Source: Cyanophora paradoxa CCMP329 (taxonomy: Eukaryota > Plantae > Glaucophyta). From it: a stretch of 20,127 bases of DNA. The translations under genes were made by a program, and so were the position numbers. Numbering within the stretch: the stretch's first letter is position 1; the number at the start of each line of letters is the position of its first letter. A model generated the notes under the pieces. The model did no database searches, had not been told where the DNA came from, and saw nothing but the letters and a program-made list of their open reading frames with translations. Of the stretch, positions 1 to 10,850 are shown piece after piece. The stretch is from contig QPMI01000677.1 of the NCBI GenBank assembly GCA_004431415.1, positions 1 to 20,127 on the forward strand, read 5' to 3'.

Positions 1-120
1 GGGGGGGAGGGGCGGGGACAAGCTCAAGGCCGGAGCCGCCCCGAGGCCGCCCACGAGGCCACCACCCGCGCGCGCCCGCCAGAAGGGGGTTTGGGAGATG
101 AGCTGGAGGTTCCACTCCAT
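1..120 (-). CDS. 5' start of a further gene copy (runs off the left edge)
   Basis: CAT at 118-120 corresponds to the putative ATG, followed by the same N-terminal coding sequence. Confidence 0.6.
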   Translation of the reverse strand, partial: MEWNLQLISQTPFWRARAGGGLVGGLGAAPALSLSPPLPP

Positions 121-3100
121 CTTTCCTCCCCAAAGAGTGTGCTCCTGGGGTCGACAATGCTGCGCAGTTCGGGCATAAGACACAAAAAAAAGCAGCGATC
201 GCTTGGCCAATGAGAAGGCGGTGGACGTCAAGCCCGCGGCGACCGTTAGAACTGAGAACCCAGAAAGCGATCGCCGGCCCAGCAGCTCTTTGTTAGAGGT
301 CGGACTCGCTGGGTATGGCGCCGAACCACAAAGCGATCGCCGAGCAATGAGAAGGCTCTATGCGCGGGGCAGATCTAGCGATCCAATTGAATAGGAATCT
401 CTATGCGAGCAAGCTCGCAGCGCTACGGGAGGCGGCACGCACTGCAGGCGTTGCGTTGGCTGGTGCGACGAACTTGAAGCAGCTCCTGCGCAAGCGATCG
501 CCGGTCAGAGAGCCTTCTCATCGCTCCGGCGATCGCTAGCCCTGGTACCGAGTACTGCGGGCGATCGCAGCAGCGCAACCGTCGGACGACGGACGCGGCG
601 CCGGCGATCGCTTGAAAAAGGCCCCGGCCAGATCCGAGCCCACGGCCGGCGGGCATAGTGCATAGTGCCAAAATTTCGCTCCGAAAACACGCTTTTTAGA
701 AGGATCGGAAGAAAGCGCCCAGGAGGTCCGAGGGGCGGTTCCGGGACGTACCTACTGACTCAGAGCTGCTTGCGCGGGCCCGCCGGCGACGCCATGGTTG
801 AGAGATCGAATCCTGCGCGCCGCCTTACAGCGGCCGAGGAAGGGGCGACGGCTGCAGAATTCGATGATGTGAACCTCGGACAAGCGAAGCGTGTAGCTAG
901 CGCGCCGCCGGCGCCGCGGTAGTGAGCCGATGAAGCGAGCGATGTGTACTCCTCGCGTGCGCGGGCGCGGCGAAGCGCCTGCGGGGCGGGCGTGGCGCCG
1001 CGGGGCTGAGCACGGCGCGCGCGCTGCGAAGCGCTATGCGCGAGCTTTTGCGCGAGCTTTGCGTCGACCCGCGCGCCTCACTTTCGAAGGTCGGGTACCC
1101 CCCGACTCATTCCCCCCTAAACTTGGGGGCTCGGTGGCTTAAAAGCGAAGGCTCTGGGGTACATCGACGAAATTTGACTTGCTCCACAAAATTGCAAGGC
1201 GCTCAAGAACTCTACGCTCACTGGAAGTTCAACTGCGGCCTACAAACTGCTTGCACCGCTCCACTAGCTCATCTAGTCTACCTGGGTCAGCAAACCGATC
1301 CTCCTCGGCCACTAGCGGCTTGCGGAACCATTCTTTCGCAACCGCAACAAATGGTGCGCAGTCCATTGGGCTGCGCTGGTGGTGCCCGAGCGCGCACCAC
1401 CCGCCATCGAGGCGAGAAAAGAATCTCGAGCACGCGGTCAGCTCGGCATCTTGCCTTGAAGATGGAGCCAGCGGTCGTGTGGAAGGTCATATCATGCACA
1501 GGCTCCGAGAGCTGAAGGAGGGCCTGCACTAATGCAGCGGCGTGACTCTTGATGGTGACTCTGCTCGTGATATATATGAGCTCGAGGCAATCAGCAAGAG
1601 TGGTTACTGATATCCATGGACAGAAAAAAGGAAACCACAAGTAGAAAAGGAAGAGGCGCGACGGCCAGTGGTCCCACTCGAGATTGGTGTGAAGCCCCGG
1701 AGGATAACCATTGTTGCCTCGGTGTTGTTCCCGGTACATCAAGCCGGTGCACTTGACTGGAGCGCTGCAGCGCGCGGCACCTTGCGTGGCCGTGCACTCC
1801 AGTGCACCGTCGTTTGGCGGTAGGCGAGCCAGCTTCTCGACGCACGTGCTGCGGGGCTCGCTGCCCTCGCGTCCCGTATCGCGGTTGCGACCACGGCGAT
1901 GCTCCCCCGTACCGATCTGGAGCCTCCTTCCTCCCGTGACATTGCAGGGAACCAGTGCAGTTTCGCCTTCAGGGTATTGCTCAGCGCGTTGAAGTATCGG
2001 TTTCTCGGTGTTCGCCACGCTGCGACGCGCCCAAGTCAGAGCACGTTCAGCGGGAGAAGGGAAATAAGAAGGAAAAGAAACAAAGGAAAAGAAAGAAAAG
2101 AGAAGGGGGTACGCGACCGTCTGTACAAGCAGGACAGGATGGGTGTCGGAATAGGCCGCTCAGGTGTGCCTAGCCATAGAGGCTTGTTTCGCCTCGTGTA
2201 TGGCGGGGCACATACGCCTCAACATCGATGTCCACATCGACCAATTGTCCCGCGCGTTTGGCTGAGTTTCTCGTGAGCTTGAGCATTTGCGATAACCGTT
2301 GCTCGTACCTGTTGGACTTTCCGTGTAGTTCTCCTGTATGCCGTCGCGCCGAGTTCGTCCACCTCGGGTACTCCTCTCCAGAGTCGTTGCCCCCATTCAG
2401 CATCCGGTGTGTTAGAACATCTGACTTGGAGCCCATCTGTTCCAGCACTGCAGCCACTTGCTTCAGAGCCTGAAAGCTGTTCTCCGCTGCGCGACCTGTA
2501 CCGTATTTCTCCTGCACCGGAATTAGAGTTCAGTAACCCCTTCTGTGGCGTCGTCTTCGTACCCCTCGCACGCACCGCCAGCTCTGCTTCATGCGCAGCC
2601 GGGTGAAGAGCTCGTTCGCCGGCGCTTCGTGGTGGAGAACGGCAGGGTTTCCCATTGCCTCGTGGCACGCCTGTGGAGAACGGCAGCGGTACGCGCATCA
2701 GCTCCACGTGTGGGGGGGGGGGTACGCGTAGCGAAGGGGGGGGGGGTTGGAGGGGGGGTAGTCGAACCTCCATTGGACTTGGCGCCTGTTCGGGAGCCGG
2801 GCCTGGGTCTTGACCTGCTTGCCGCGCGGCCTCCCACGCTGCTCGCGCCCGCCTTGCTTGCCGTGCTCCTCGTCGTCGAATGCCTTGGCTAGATCTACAA
2901 GGCCTTTGAATATGAGCTGGTTGGCAATTGTCGCCCACCGCCGAAAACGCGATTTGCGGACAAGGTCTGAGAAGATAATGCCGACTGATATGCTGCTTGC
3001 CGGCCCTGCAAGAAGGCGAAGAAGCTCCTTGCCGCTCTTCCGAACAGCCTGCAGGACCTGCACATCGCTTGCAATCTTGCCGCCACGACCGACATCCCTG

Positions 3101-5229
3101 TTGCCTCCGTACGCGTTGCACTTCCGAAGAAGCTTCTTCACCTCCGGGTACGACACGAGATCGTCCTGCGCCTTGCGCTTCCGCCCTTTCCCACGTGGCA
3201 ACTCTTCCACCAACGCGGCCTCTGCAGCTGCTGCTGCAAGCTCACACATGCATGAAGCCTGCGTCGCCATTGGTAAGAAAAAAACTTTACCCCCCCTCCG
3301 CCCCCCCCCCCCCCCCGGATGCATACCACAGCTGGAGTGATTCGCCTTCCCGTGTCTGCTGCTGTGCTGCGTGCACTGATTGAGCGAGACTGCGGAACTG
3401 GCCCTTCATTTCTTCCTTCGTGCCAAGGTACATTGCTTGCTGGCTGAGCCCGAGAGTCGCTTGCATACGCAGAAGGTTGATTTCAGACTGTCCGTTTGTG
3501 ACCTAATATAAAATTAAGAACATGTTACGAAAAGACAGAGCATGAAAGCATCGTGCACCTCCATGAAAGCATTTGCAAGACCTTGTCCCGTGCAGGCTCA
3601 CGGTCCAACTCAGCGTCTCCTGGCCGCAGGGCCAGAAGCTGTGTGAGCACAGCAGCAGCTGAGCGGATCTCGCCATCATCAGGGCTGCATCACATTTCGG
3701 TTTTCAAAATAGAATGCAGTGATTTGAAGGGGACGTACTGTAGAAATCGAGTGATGAATTGCTCGATCGCCCGTAGAAGAACACCTCTATCCAGAGCGAT
3801 AGGAACATCTTCGATTCAACAGCGTATGATCGTTTGTCATCGCTAGTACTTGTGTCATCCTTGCCCTCCTGAAAGTCCAGAGACAAGATGACCTGACCGG
3901 GCAGCAAGTAAGCAGAAGAAGCACGAGGCAAGCTGGCATGGACACGTGCCAGATCTATCTTCGCAGTCGTCTCTCACGGATGTAGATCTTGTTGGTATAG
4001 AAGCTCGTCACCCGGCCTTTAGCCAGTCGTAGTGCCTGGCTCGAAGGTCCGTATCCACTGCAAACTCACCGTGCGCCCCTGGCACGCCAAGGCCCAGAAA
4101 TGCACACTGTGCCTGCAGTGAGTGCCGTGCTTCAACTGGCCAGAAGATAGATGCTTACGTCCATATCAATGAGCTCATCGAGTTGAGAAGAGCTTGAGGT
4201 ATCTTCCTTGTCGCCAGCAGCTATATCAGCATCTGGATGAGGGTCGGGACCGGTGCGCTGAAGGCTTGGCGATTCGAGTGCGACCTAAATGCAGTATCTC
4301 ATGGCGAATCTCAAGCTAAAGAAGATCGAGGACGCACAGTGCTCATGAAGTGCTTCAGAGCATGGAGATCCTCCAGTGTCCGTGTCCGGTTCTTTGCTGG
4401 TTCACCTCGAAACTGCAACCGACAAGCGTTCGCCTGAGCTTGCCGAGCCGCTTCTGTCACCTGGATAAGTTGGTCTTAGATTCCATTCGATCAATTCTTT
4501 GAGCTGCAGAGCACCTCATCAAGCCAATCAACACAACTCTGAAATTTGGGGCCTCGAAACGCTCCCTTTGTGCCCACAAACAGGTTGCGCAGTGCACGCA
4601 AGCATCTGGCAGGGGGCAGGTCGACGATGATGTCCTCCACATAATGCACTTGGGGGTCCAGATCTGCAAACATGATAAGACAAAGAGGCGGCGTGCAGAT
4701 TTCACAGAGAAACGCACAGATCTCGAAGGGTGCATGTGCTTGTCGCCTTCTGCCAGCGCACCAGCGTCGCGCCCGCTGCGCCGTCCAGGGCGCCACCCGC
4801 CGCGCCGCCTCCGTGCGTCCGCGCGCCCCTCCCGCGCCGCCTCCGCGCCTCCGCGCCGCCTCCCGCGCCGCGCACCGGGCCGGGGGAGGGGAGGGACAGG
4901 GCCGGGGGGGGCGGCCCGGGGGAGGGGCGGGGCCGGGGGAGGGACGGGCCGGGGGAGGGCGGGGCGGGGAGGGGGGGGGGCCGGCGGGGAGGGCGGGCCG
5001 GGGGGAGGGCGGGCCGGGGGAGGGCGGGGCCCGGGGGAGGGCGGGGCCGGGGGAGGGGCGGGGGGGGGGGGGGAGGGGCGGCCCGGGGAGGGCGGGCCGG
5101 GGGAGGGCGGGCCCGGGGGGAGGGCGGCCGGGGGAGGGACGGGCCCGGGGGAGGGCGGGCCCGGGGAGGGACGGGCCCGGGGGAGGGGCGGGGCCGGGGG
5201 AGGGGCGGGCCCGGGGGAGGGAGGGCGGG
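17..5229. repeat. Tandem unit copy 1 (~5.21 kb; one copy of the internal 151 bp repeat)
   Basis: Anchor GACAAGCTCAAGGCCGGAGCC recurs at 17, 5230, 10542 and 15880, and the intervening sequence is colinear and near-identical. The unit phase is arbitrary. Confidence 0.97.
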
Positions 5230-5333
5230 GACAAGCTCAAGGCCGGAGCCGCCCCCGAGGCCGCCCACGAGGCCACCACCCGCCGCGCGGCCCGCCAGAA
5301 GGGGTTGGGAGATGAGCTGGAGGTCCACTCCAT
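1218..5333 (-). CDS. Multi-exon gene (~15 exons) for a ~1,050 aa protein of unknown function; Pro/Gly-rich N-terminus, basic NLS-like PRGKGRKRK
   Basis: Manual splicing of the copy consensus gives one open frame from ATG (MEWTSSSSPNPLLAGR, 5333) to TGA (...VGPQLNFQ*, 1218). Introns in + coordinates: 4664-4717, 4461-4514, 4285-4337, 4113-4158, 3893-3949 (GC-AG), 3809-3864 (GC-AG; or 3809-3849 GT-AG), 3685-3738, 3503-3558, 3259-3326, 2671-2767, 2512-2575, 2020-2117, 1849-1912, 1561-1662. Donors include GTGCGT, GTAAGC, GTACGT and GTATGC; acceptors are mostly YAG. In-frame stops shared by all copies fall inside these introns. The start codon and in-frame introns are less certain. Confidence 0.8.
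4878..5230 (+). repeat. G-rich ~18 bp minisatellite (GGGGGAGGG(G/A)CGGG(G/C)CC-like) encoding PPPGP(A/V) on the minus strand
   Basis: Visible tandem G-run units, also at ~10208-10542 and ~15485-15880. The copy 3 translation gives PPPGPAPPPGPVPPPGPA. Confidence 0.9.
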
Positions 5334-8300
5334 CTCTTCCTCCCCAAAGAGTGTGCTCCTGGGTCGACATGCTGCGCAGTCGGGCATAAGACACCGAAAA
5401 GCAGCGATCGTTGGCCATGAGAAGGCGGGACGTCAAGCCCGCGGCGACCGTAGAACTGAGAACCCAGAAGCGATCGCCGGCCCAGCAGCTCTTTGTAGAG
5501 GTCGGACCGCTGGGTATGGCGCCGAACACAAAGCGATCGCCAGCAATGAGAGGCTCTATGGCGGGGCAGATCTAGCGATCCAATGAATAAGAATCTCTAT
5601 GCGAGCAAGCTCGCAGCGCTACGGGAGGCGGGCACGCACTGCAGGGTTGGCGTTGGCTGGGCGACGAACTTGAAGCAGCTCCTGCGCAAGCGATCGCCGG
5701 TCAGAGCGCGGGGCAGATCTAGCGATCCAATTGATAGAGAATCTCTATGCGAGCAAGCTCGCAGCGCTACGGGAGGCGGGCACGCACTGCAGGCGTTGGC
5801 GTTGGCTGGTGCGACGAACTTGAAGCAGCTCCTGCGCAAGCGATCGCCGGTCAGAGAGCCTTCTCATCGCTCCGGCGATCGCTAGGCCCTGGTACCGAGT
5901 ACTCCGGGCGATCGCCAGCGCGAAACCGCGGACGACGGACGCGGCGCGGCGATCGCTTGAAAAAGGCCCGGCCAGATCCGAGCCACGGCCGGCGGCATAG
6001 TGAACATAGTGCCAAATTCGCTCCGAAAAACACGCTTTTTAGAAGGATCGGAAGAAAGCGCGCCAGGCAGGTCCGAGGGCGGTTCCGGACGTACCTACTG
6101 ACTCAGAGCTGCTTGCGCTGGGCCCGCGGCGACGCCATGGTTGAGAGATCGAATCCCTGCGCGCCGCCTTACACGGCCGAGGAAGGGGCGACGGCTGCAG
6201 AATTCGATGATGTGAACCTCGGACAAGCGAAAGCGTGAGCTAGCGCGCCGCCGGCGCCGCGGGTGAGCCGATGAAGCGAGCATGTGTACTCCTCGCGTGC
6301 GGGCGCGGGAAGTCGCCTGCGGGGCGGCGTGGCGCCGCGGGGCTGAGCACGGCGCGCGCGCTGCGAAGCGCTATGCGCGAGCTTTGCGCGAGCTTTGCGT
6401 CGACGCCGCGCCTCACTTTCGAAGGTCGGGGTACCCCCCGACTCATTCCCCCCTAAACTTGGGGGCTCGGTGGCTTAAAAGCGAAAGCTCTGGGTACATC
6501 GACGAAATTTGACTTGCTCCACAAAATTGCAAGCGCTCAAGAACTCTACGCTCACTGGAAGTTCAACTGCGGCCCTACAAACTGCTTGCAACCGCTCCAC
6601 TAGCTCATCTAGTCTACCTGGGTCAGCAAACCGATCCTCCTCGGCCACTAGCGGCTTGCGGAACCATTCTTTCGCAACCGCAACAAATGGTGCGCAGTCC
6701 ATTGGGCTGGCTGGTGTGCCCGCGCATACCACCCGACCCCATCGAGGCGAGAAAAGAATCTCGAGCACGCGGTCAGCTCGCATCTTGCCTTGAAGATGGA
6801 GCAGCGGTCGTGTGGAAGGTCATATCATGCACAGGCTCCGAGAGCTGAAGGAGGGCCTGCACTAATGCAGCGGCGTGACTCTTGATGGTGACTCTGCTCG
6901 TGATATATATGAGCTCGAGGCAATCAGCAAGAGTGGTTACTGATATCCATGGACAGAAAAAAGGAAACCACAGTAGAAAAAGGAAGAGGCGCACGGCCAG
7001 TGGTCCCACTCGAGATTGGTGAAGCCCCGGAGGATAACCATTGTTGCCTCCGGTGTTGTTCCCGGTACATCAAGCCGGTGCACTTGACTGGAGACGCTGC
7101 AGCGCGCGCACCTTGCGTGGCCGTGCACTCCAGTGCACCGTCGTTTGGCGGTAGCGAGCCAGCTTCTCGACGTACGCACGTGCTGCGGGGCTCGCTGCCC
7201 TCGCGTCCCGTATCGCGGTTGCGACCACGGCGATGCTCCCCCGTACGATCTGGAGCCTCCTTCCTCCCGTGACATTGCAGGGAACCAGTGCAGTTTTCGC
7301 CTTCAGGGTATGCTCAGCGCGTTGAAGTATCGGTTCTCGGTGTTCGCCACGCTGCGACGCGCCCAAGTCAGAGCACGTTCAGCGGAGAAGGGAAATAAGA
7401 AGGAAAAGAAACAAGGAAAAGAAGAAAAGAGAAGGGGGGTACGCGGACCGTCTGTACAAGCAGGACAGGATGGGTGTCGGAATAGGCGCTCAGGTGTGCC
7501 TAGCCATAGAGGCTTGTTTCGCCTCGTGTATGGCGGAGGCACATACGCCTCAACATCGATGTCCACATCGACCAATTGTCCCGCGCCGTTTTGGCTGAGT
7601 TTCTCGTGAGCTTGAGCATTTGCGATAACCGTTGCTCGTACCTGTTGGACTTTCGTGTAGTTCTCCTGTATGCCGTCGCGCCGAGTTCGTCCACCTCGGG
7701 TACTCCTCTCCAGAGTCGTTGCCCCCATTCAGCATCCGTGTGTTAGAAAATCTGACTTGGAGCCCATCTGTTCAGCACTGCAGCCACTTGCTTCAGAGCC
7801 TGAAAAGCTGTTCTCCGCTGCGCGACCTGTACCGTATTTCTCCTGCACCGGAATTAGAGTTCAGTAACCCCTTCTGTGGCGTCGTCTTCGTACCCCTCGC
7901 ACGCACCGCCAGCTCTGCTTCATGCGCAGCCGGGTGAAGAGCTCGTTCGCCGGCGCTTCGTGGTGGAAGAACGGAGGGTTTCCCCATTGCCTCGTGGCAC
8001 GCCTGTGGAGAACGGCAGGGTACGCGCATCAGCTCCACGTGTCGGGGGGGGGGGGTACGCGTAGCGAAGGGGGAGGGGGGTTGGAGGGGGGGTAGTCGAA
8101 CCTCCATTGGACTTGGCGCCTGTTCGGGAGCCGGGCCTGGTCTTGACCTGCTTGCGCCGCCTCCCACGCTGCTCGCGCCCGCCTTGCGTTGCCGTGCTCC
8201 TCGTCGTCGAATGCCTTGGCTAGATCTACAAGGCCTTTGAATATGAGCTGGTTGGCAATTGTCGCCCACCGCCGAAAACGCGATTTGCGGACAAGGTCTG

Positions 8301-8618
8301 AGAAGATAATGCCGACTGATATGCTGCTTGCCGGCCCTGCAAGAAGGCGAAGAAGCTCCTTGCCGCTCTTCCGAACAGCCTGCAGGACCTGCACATCGCT
8401 TGCAATCTTGCCGCACGACCGACATCCCTGTTGCCTCCGTACGCGTTGCACTTCCGAAGAAGCTTCTTCACCTCCGGTACGACACGAGATCGTCCTGCGC
8501 CTTGCGCTTCCGCCCTTTCCCACGTGGCAACTCTTCCACCAACGCGGCCTCTGCAGCTGCTGCTGCAAGCTCCACACATGCATGAAGCCTGCGTCGCCAT
8601 TGTAAAAAAAAAAACTTT

Positions 8619-8649
<31 letters not shown>

Positions 8650-10541
8650 ATGCATACCACAGCTGGAGTGATTCGCCTTCCCGTGTCTGCTGCTGTGCTG
8701 CGTGCACTGATTGAGCGAGACTGCGGAACTGGCCTTCATTTCTTCCTTCGTGCCAAGGTACATTGCTTGCTGGCTGAGCCCGAGAGTCGCTTGCATACGC
8801 AGAAGGTTGATTTCAGACTGTCCGTTTGTGACCTAATATAAAATTAAGAACATGTTACGAAAGAACAGAGCATGAAGCATCGTGCACCTCCATGAAAGCA
8901 TTTGCAAGACCTTGTGCCCGTGCAGGCTCACGGTCCAACTCAGCGTCTCCTGGCCGCAGGGCCAGAAGCTGTGTGAGCACAGCAGCAGCTGAGCGGATCT
9001 CGCCATCATCAGGGCTGCATCAACATTTCGGTTTTCAAAATAGAATGCAGTGATTTGAAGGGGACGTACTGTAGAAATCGAGTGATGAATTGCTCGATCG
9101 CCCGTAGAAGAACACCTCTATCCAGAGCGATAGGAACATCTTCGATTCAACAGCGTATGATCGTTTGTCATCGCTAGTACTTGTGTCATCCTTGCCCTCC
9201 TGAAAGTCCAGAGACAAGATGACCTGACCGGCAGCAAGTAAGCAGAAGAAGCACGAGGCAAGCTGCATGGACACGTGCCAGACTATCTCTCGCAGTCGTC
9301 TCTCACGGATGTAGATCTTGTTGGTATAGAAGCTCGTCACCCGGGCCTTTAGCCAGTCGTAGTGCCTGGCTCGAGGTCGTATCCACTGCAAACTCACCGT
9401 GCGCCCCTGGCACGCAAAGCCCAGAAATGCACACTGTGCCTGCAGTGAGTGCCGTGCTTCAACTGGCCAAGATAGATAGATGCTTACGTCCATATCAATG
9501 AGCTCATCGAGTTGAGAAGAGCTTGAGGTATCTTCCTTGTCGCCAGCAGCTATATCAGCATCTGGATGAGGGTCGGGACCGGTGCGCTGAAGGCTTGGCG
9601 ATTCGAGTGCGACCTAAATGCAGTATCTCATGGCGAATCTCAAGCTAAAGAAGATCGAGGACGCACAGTGCTCATGAAGTGCTTCAGAGCATGGAGATCC
9701 TCCAGTGTCCGTGTCCGGTTCTTTGCTGGTTCACCTCGAAACTGCAACCGACAAGCGTTCGCCTGAGCTTGCCGAGCCGCTTCTGTCACCTGGAAAGTTG
9801 GTCTTAGATTCCATTCGATCAATTCTTTGAGCTGCAGAGCACCTCATCAAGCCAATCAACACAACTCTGAAATTTGGGGCCTCGAAACGCTCCCTTTGTG
9901 CCCACAAACAGGTTGCGCAGTGCACGCAAGCATCTGGCAGGGGGCAGGTCGACGATGATGTCCTCCACATAATGCACTTGGGGGTCCAGATCTGCAAACA
10001 TGATAAGACAAAGAGGCGGCGTGCAGATTTCACAGAGAAACGCACAGATCTCGAAGGGTGCATGTGCTTGTCGCCTTCTGCCAGCGCCACCAGCGTCGCC
10101 GCCCGCTGCGCCGTCCAGGCGCCACCCGCCGCGCCGCCTCCGTGCCGCCTCCCGCGCCGCCTCCCGCCGCCTCCGCGCGCCTCCGCGCCGCCTCCCGCGC
10201 CGCGCACCGGGCCGGGGGAGGGGAGGACAGGGCCGGGGGGGGCGGGCCCGGGGGAGGGCGGGGCGGGGGAGGGACGGGCCCGGGGAGGGGCGGGGCCGGG
10301 GGAGGGGGCGGGGGAGGGCGGGCCCGGGGGAGGGGCGGCCCGGGGGAGGGCGGGCCCGGGGGAGGGGGCGGGGGAGGGGGGGGCGGGGAGGGGCGGGCCC
10401 GGGGAGGGGGGGCCCGGGGGAGGGGCGGGCCCGGGGAGGCGGCCGGGGGAGGACGGGCCCGGGGAGGGCGGGCCCGGGGGAGGGACGGGCCCGGGGGAGG
10501 GCGGGCCGGGGGAGGGGCGGGGCCCGGGGGAGGGAGGGCGG
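5230..10541. repeat. Tandem unit copy 2 (~5.31 kb)
   Basis: Colinear with the other copies; differences are mostly 1-nt homopolymer indels. Confidence 0.97.
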
Positions 10542-10645
10542 GACAAGCTCAAGGCCGGAGCCGCCCCCGAGGCCGCCCACGAGGCCACCACCCGCCGCGC
10601 GGCCCGCCAGAAGGGGTTGGGAGATGAGCTGGAGGTCCACTCCAT
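6552..10645 (-). CDS. Copy 2 of the same multi-exon gene
   Basis: Same exon/intron structure as 1218-5333; private frameshifts are homopolymer-type read errors. Confidence 0.8.
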
Positions 10646-10850
10646 CTCTTCCTCCCAAAGAGTGTGCTCCTGGGTCGACATGCTGCGCAGTCGGGCATAA
10701 GACACCGAAAAGCAGCGATCGCTTGGCCAATGAGAAGGCGGTGGACGTCAAGCCCGCGGCGACCGTTAGAACTGAGAACCCAGAAGCGATCGCCGGCCCA
10801 GCAGCTCTTTGTTAGAGGTCGGACTCGCTGGGTATGGCGCCGAACACAAA

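Noticed and set aside
1183-1194. Sm-site-like AATTTTGTGGAG on the minus strand (snRNA or SL RNA)
   Set aside because: No recognisable snRNA or SL 5' sequence or structure; it lies just after the stop codon in the probable 3' UTR.
3700-4340. Alternative genetic code (TGA readthrough)
   Set aside because: TAG stops also interrupt the frames, and GT-AG introns explain the interruptions with correct phase.
17-5229. Known small DNA virus (polyomavirus, parvovirus, anellovirus, CRESS) or Helitron, based on ~5 kb size
   Set aside because: No SF3 helicase Walker A, HUH motif or capsid ORF was seen. A single gene with ~14 introns fits none of these.
4644-5586. Long + strand Gly/Arg-rich ORFs (and equivalents in other copies)
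   Set aside because: They are stop-free shadows of the G-rich repeat, antisense to exon 1, and vary between copies.
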